DNA of 64,000 bases from positions 11,160,001 to 11,224,000 of the forward strand of contig NC_043006.1 of assembly GCF_006345805.1 (NCBI RefSeq), written 5' to 3'. A program made the position numbers and the translations under genes. Source of the stretch: Octopus sinensis. Taxonomy: Eukaryota. Below, one piece after another: positions 63,084-64,000 of the stretch. The notes beneath the pieces are model-generated. The model searched no databases, was not told the DNA's origin, and saw only the letters and a program-made list of their open reading frames with translations. The stretch's first letter is position 1, and each line of letters opens with the position of its first letter.

Positions 63084-63889
63084 TATATATATATATATAT
63101 ATAACAGCAGGAATTGGAATTAAGAATTAGGTTTATGGATCGTTATGATTCAGCTGATAATTAACAAAAAAAAACTTGAAGTGATTCTACTAATTCCCAC
63201 TTATTATTGCTTGAAGTGTTAGTTTAAAGTCCATCAGGAAGTCTAACAAAACCCCTGCAATTTATTATACGTTCAAATCGTGACCAAACGATCTTTTTTT
63301 CTGACATTATATTCAATATTAATTTAAACATTATATTTATTCCTTTTTAAAACGGTAGAGTATAGATTCAGAGAGATTGGCTTCTGTTTCTAGTAGGTGA
63401 AACGACTACGTTAAGTCTCTAGCGTTTTAAATACGAAGACATAAATGCTGATCCTGGAAACCAATCATCTTTGACCCTTTCGAAATATCGATTTACGTCA
63501 CTCCTTCAAGTGTTAAAGTGTATCGCCTGCTTTGAAATCTGACGGGTTTTTCAATATTTTGTTGATATCAGTAAATGAAATCACTAGTGTACGAAGAACG
63601 GGGAGTAGAAACTCAACACTTTTCAGCTGACCTCCAACTAGTATTGATGTTGAATCACGATATTTGAAGTCTATGACCTCCATTATAATAGCATTAATTT
63701 TAACTGTACTGCCTAATGTACAGGATTATTGATGGACGTGTTGAAAGTGTTGTGAAATCAAATGTTTTCATCATCACGTCATGAGGTTTAGGCCAAGATA
63801 GTTTAAACGTCAACAACCGAGTCTATCACACTGTAAATAGTGAGCAAGGCTTGATTATTTTTTCACATTTAAACGGTACAGTAATATAA

Positions 63890-64000
63890 CGTATTTCTTT
63901 ATTGCCCACAAGGGGCTAAACATAGAGGGGACAAACAAGCAAAGACAAAGGGATTAAGTCGATTACATCGACTCCAGTGCGTAACTGGTACTTAATTTAT
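63890..64000 (-). mobile_element. 3' part of a SINE family U copy, cut by the window edge
   Basis: tatttctttattgcccacaaggggctaaac.. unit end. Confidence 0.85.

Overview
AT-rich, repeat-saturated animal DNA. The SINE, LINE and microsatellite repertoire suggests an octopus (coleoid cephalopod); this is inference. The only host coding sequence I can support is two + strand exons (27815-27952, 138 bp; 30221-30373, 153 bp) of an LCCH3-like / GABA-A beta-like Cys-loop receptor subunit. I did not see the flanking exons by eye, so the rest of the window is probably intronic. It contains: three decayed R4/Dong-like LINE lineages plus a 554-bp non-coding element, all sitting in (AAT)n arrays; several modular tRNA-derived SINE families, one with tandem ~184-bp units and target-site duplications (TSDs); a Helitron-type and two Helentron-type elements, one retaining an endonuclease fragment; a rearranged mariner; RTE, Tx1-like and Penelope-like remnants; palindromic MITEs; and many microsatellites, which explain most ORFs in the supplied track. 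I found no convincing new protein-coding system. The most interesting signals are mechanistic: apparent internal priming of a multimeric SINE, a TAA-targeted LINE with a non-coding partner, a simple-sequence insert with its own TSD, and a template-switch inverted duplication. All alignments were done by eye; repeat boundaries are approximate unless exact motifs are quoted. Family labels (Dong-A/B/C, N, M, U, heads A/B, tails 1-3) are my working names.
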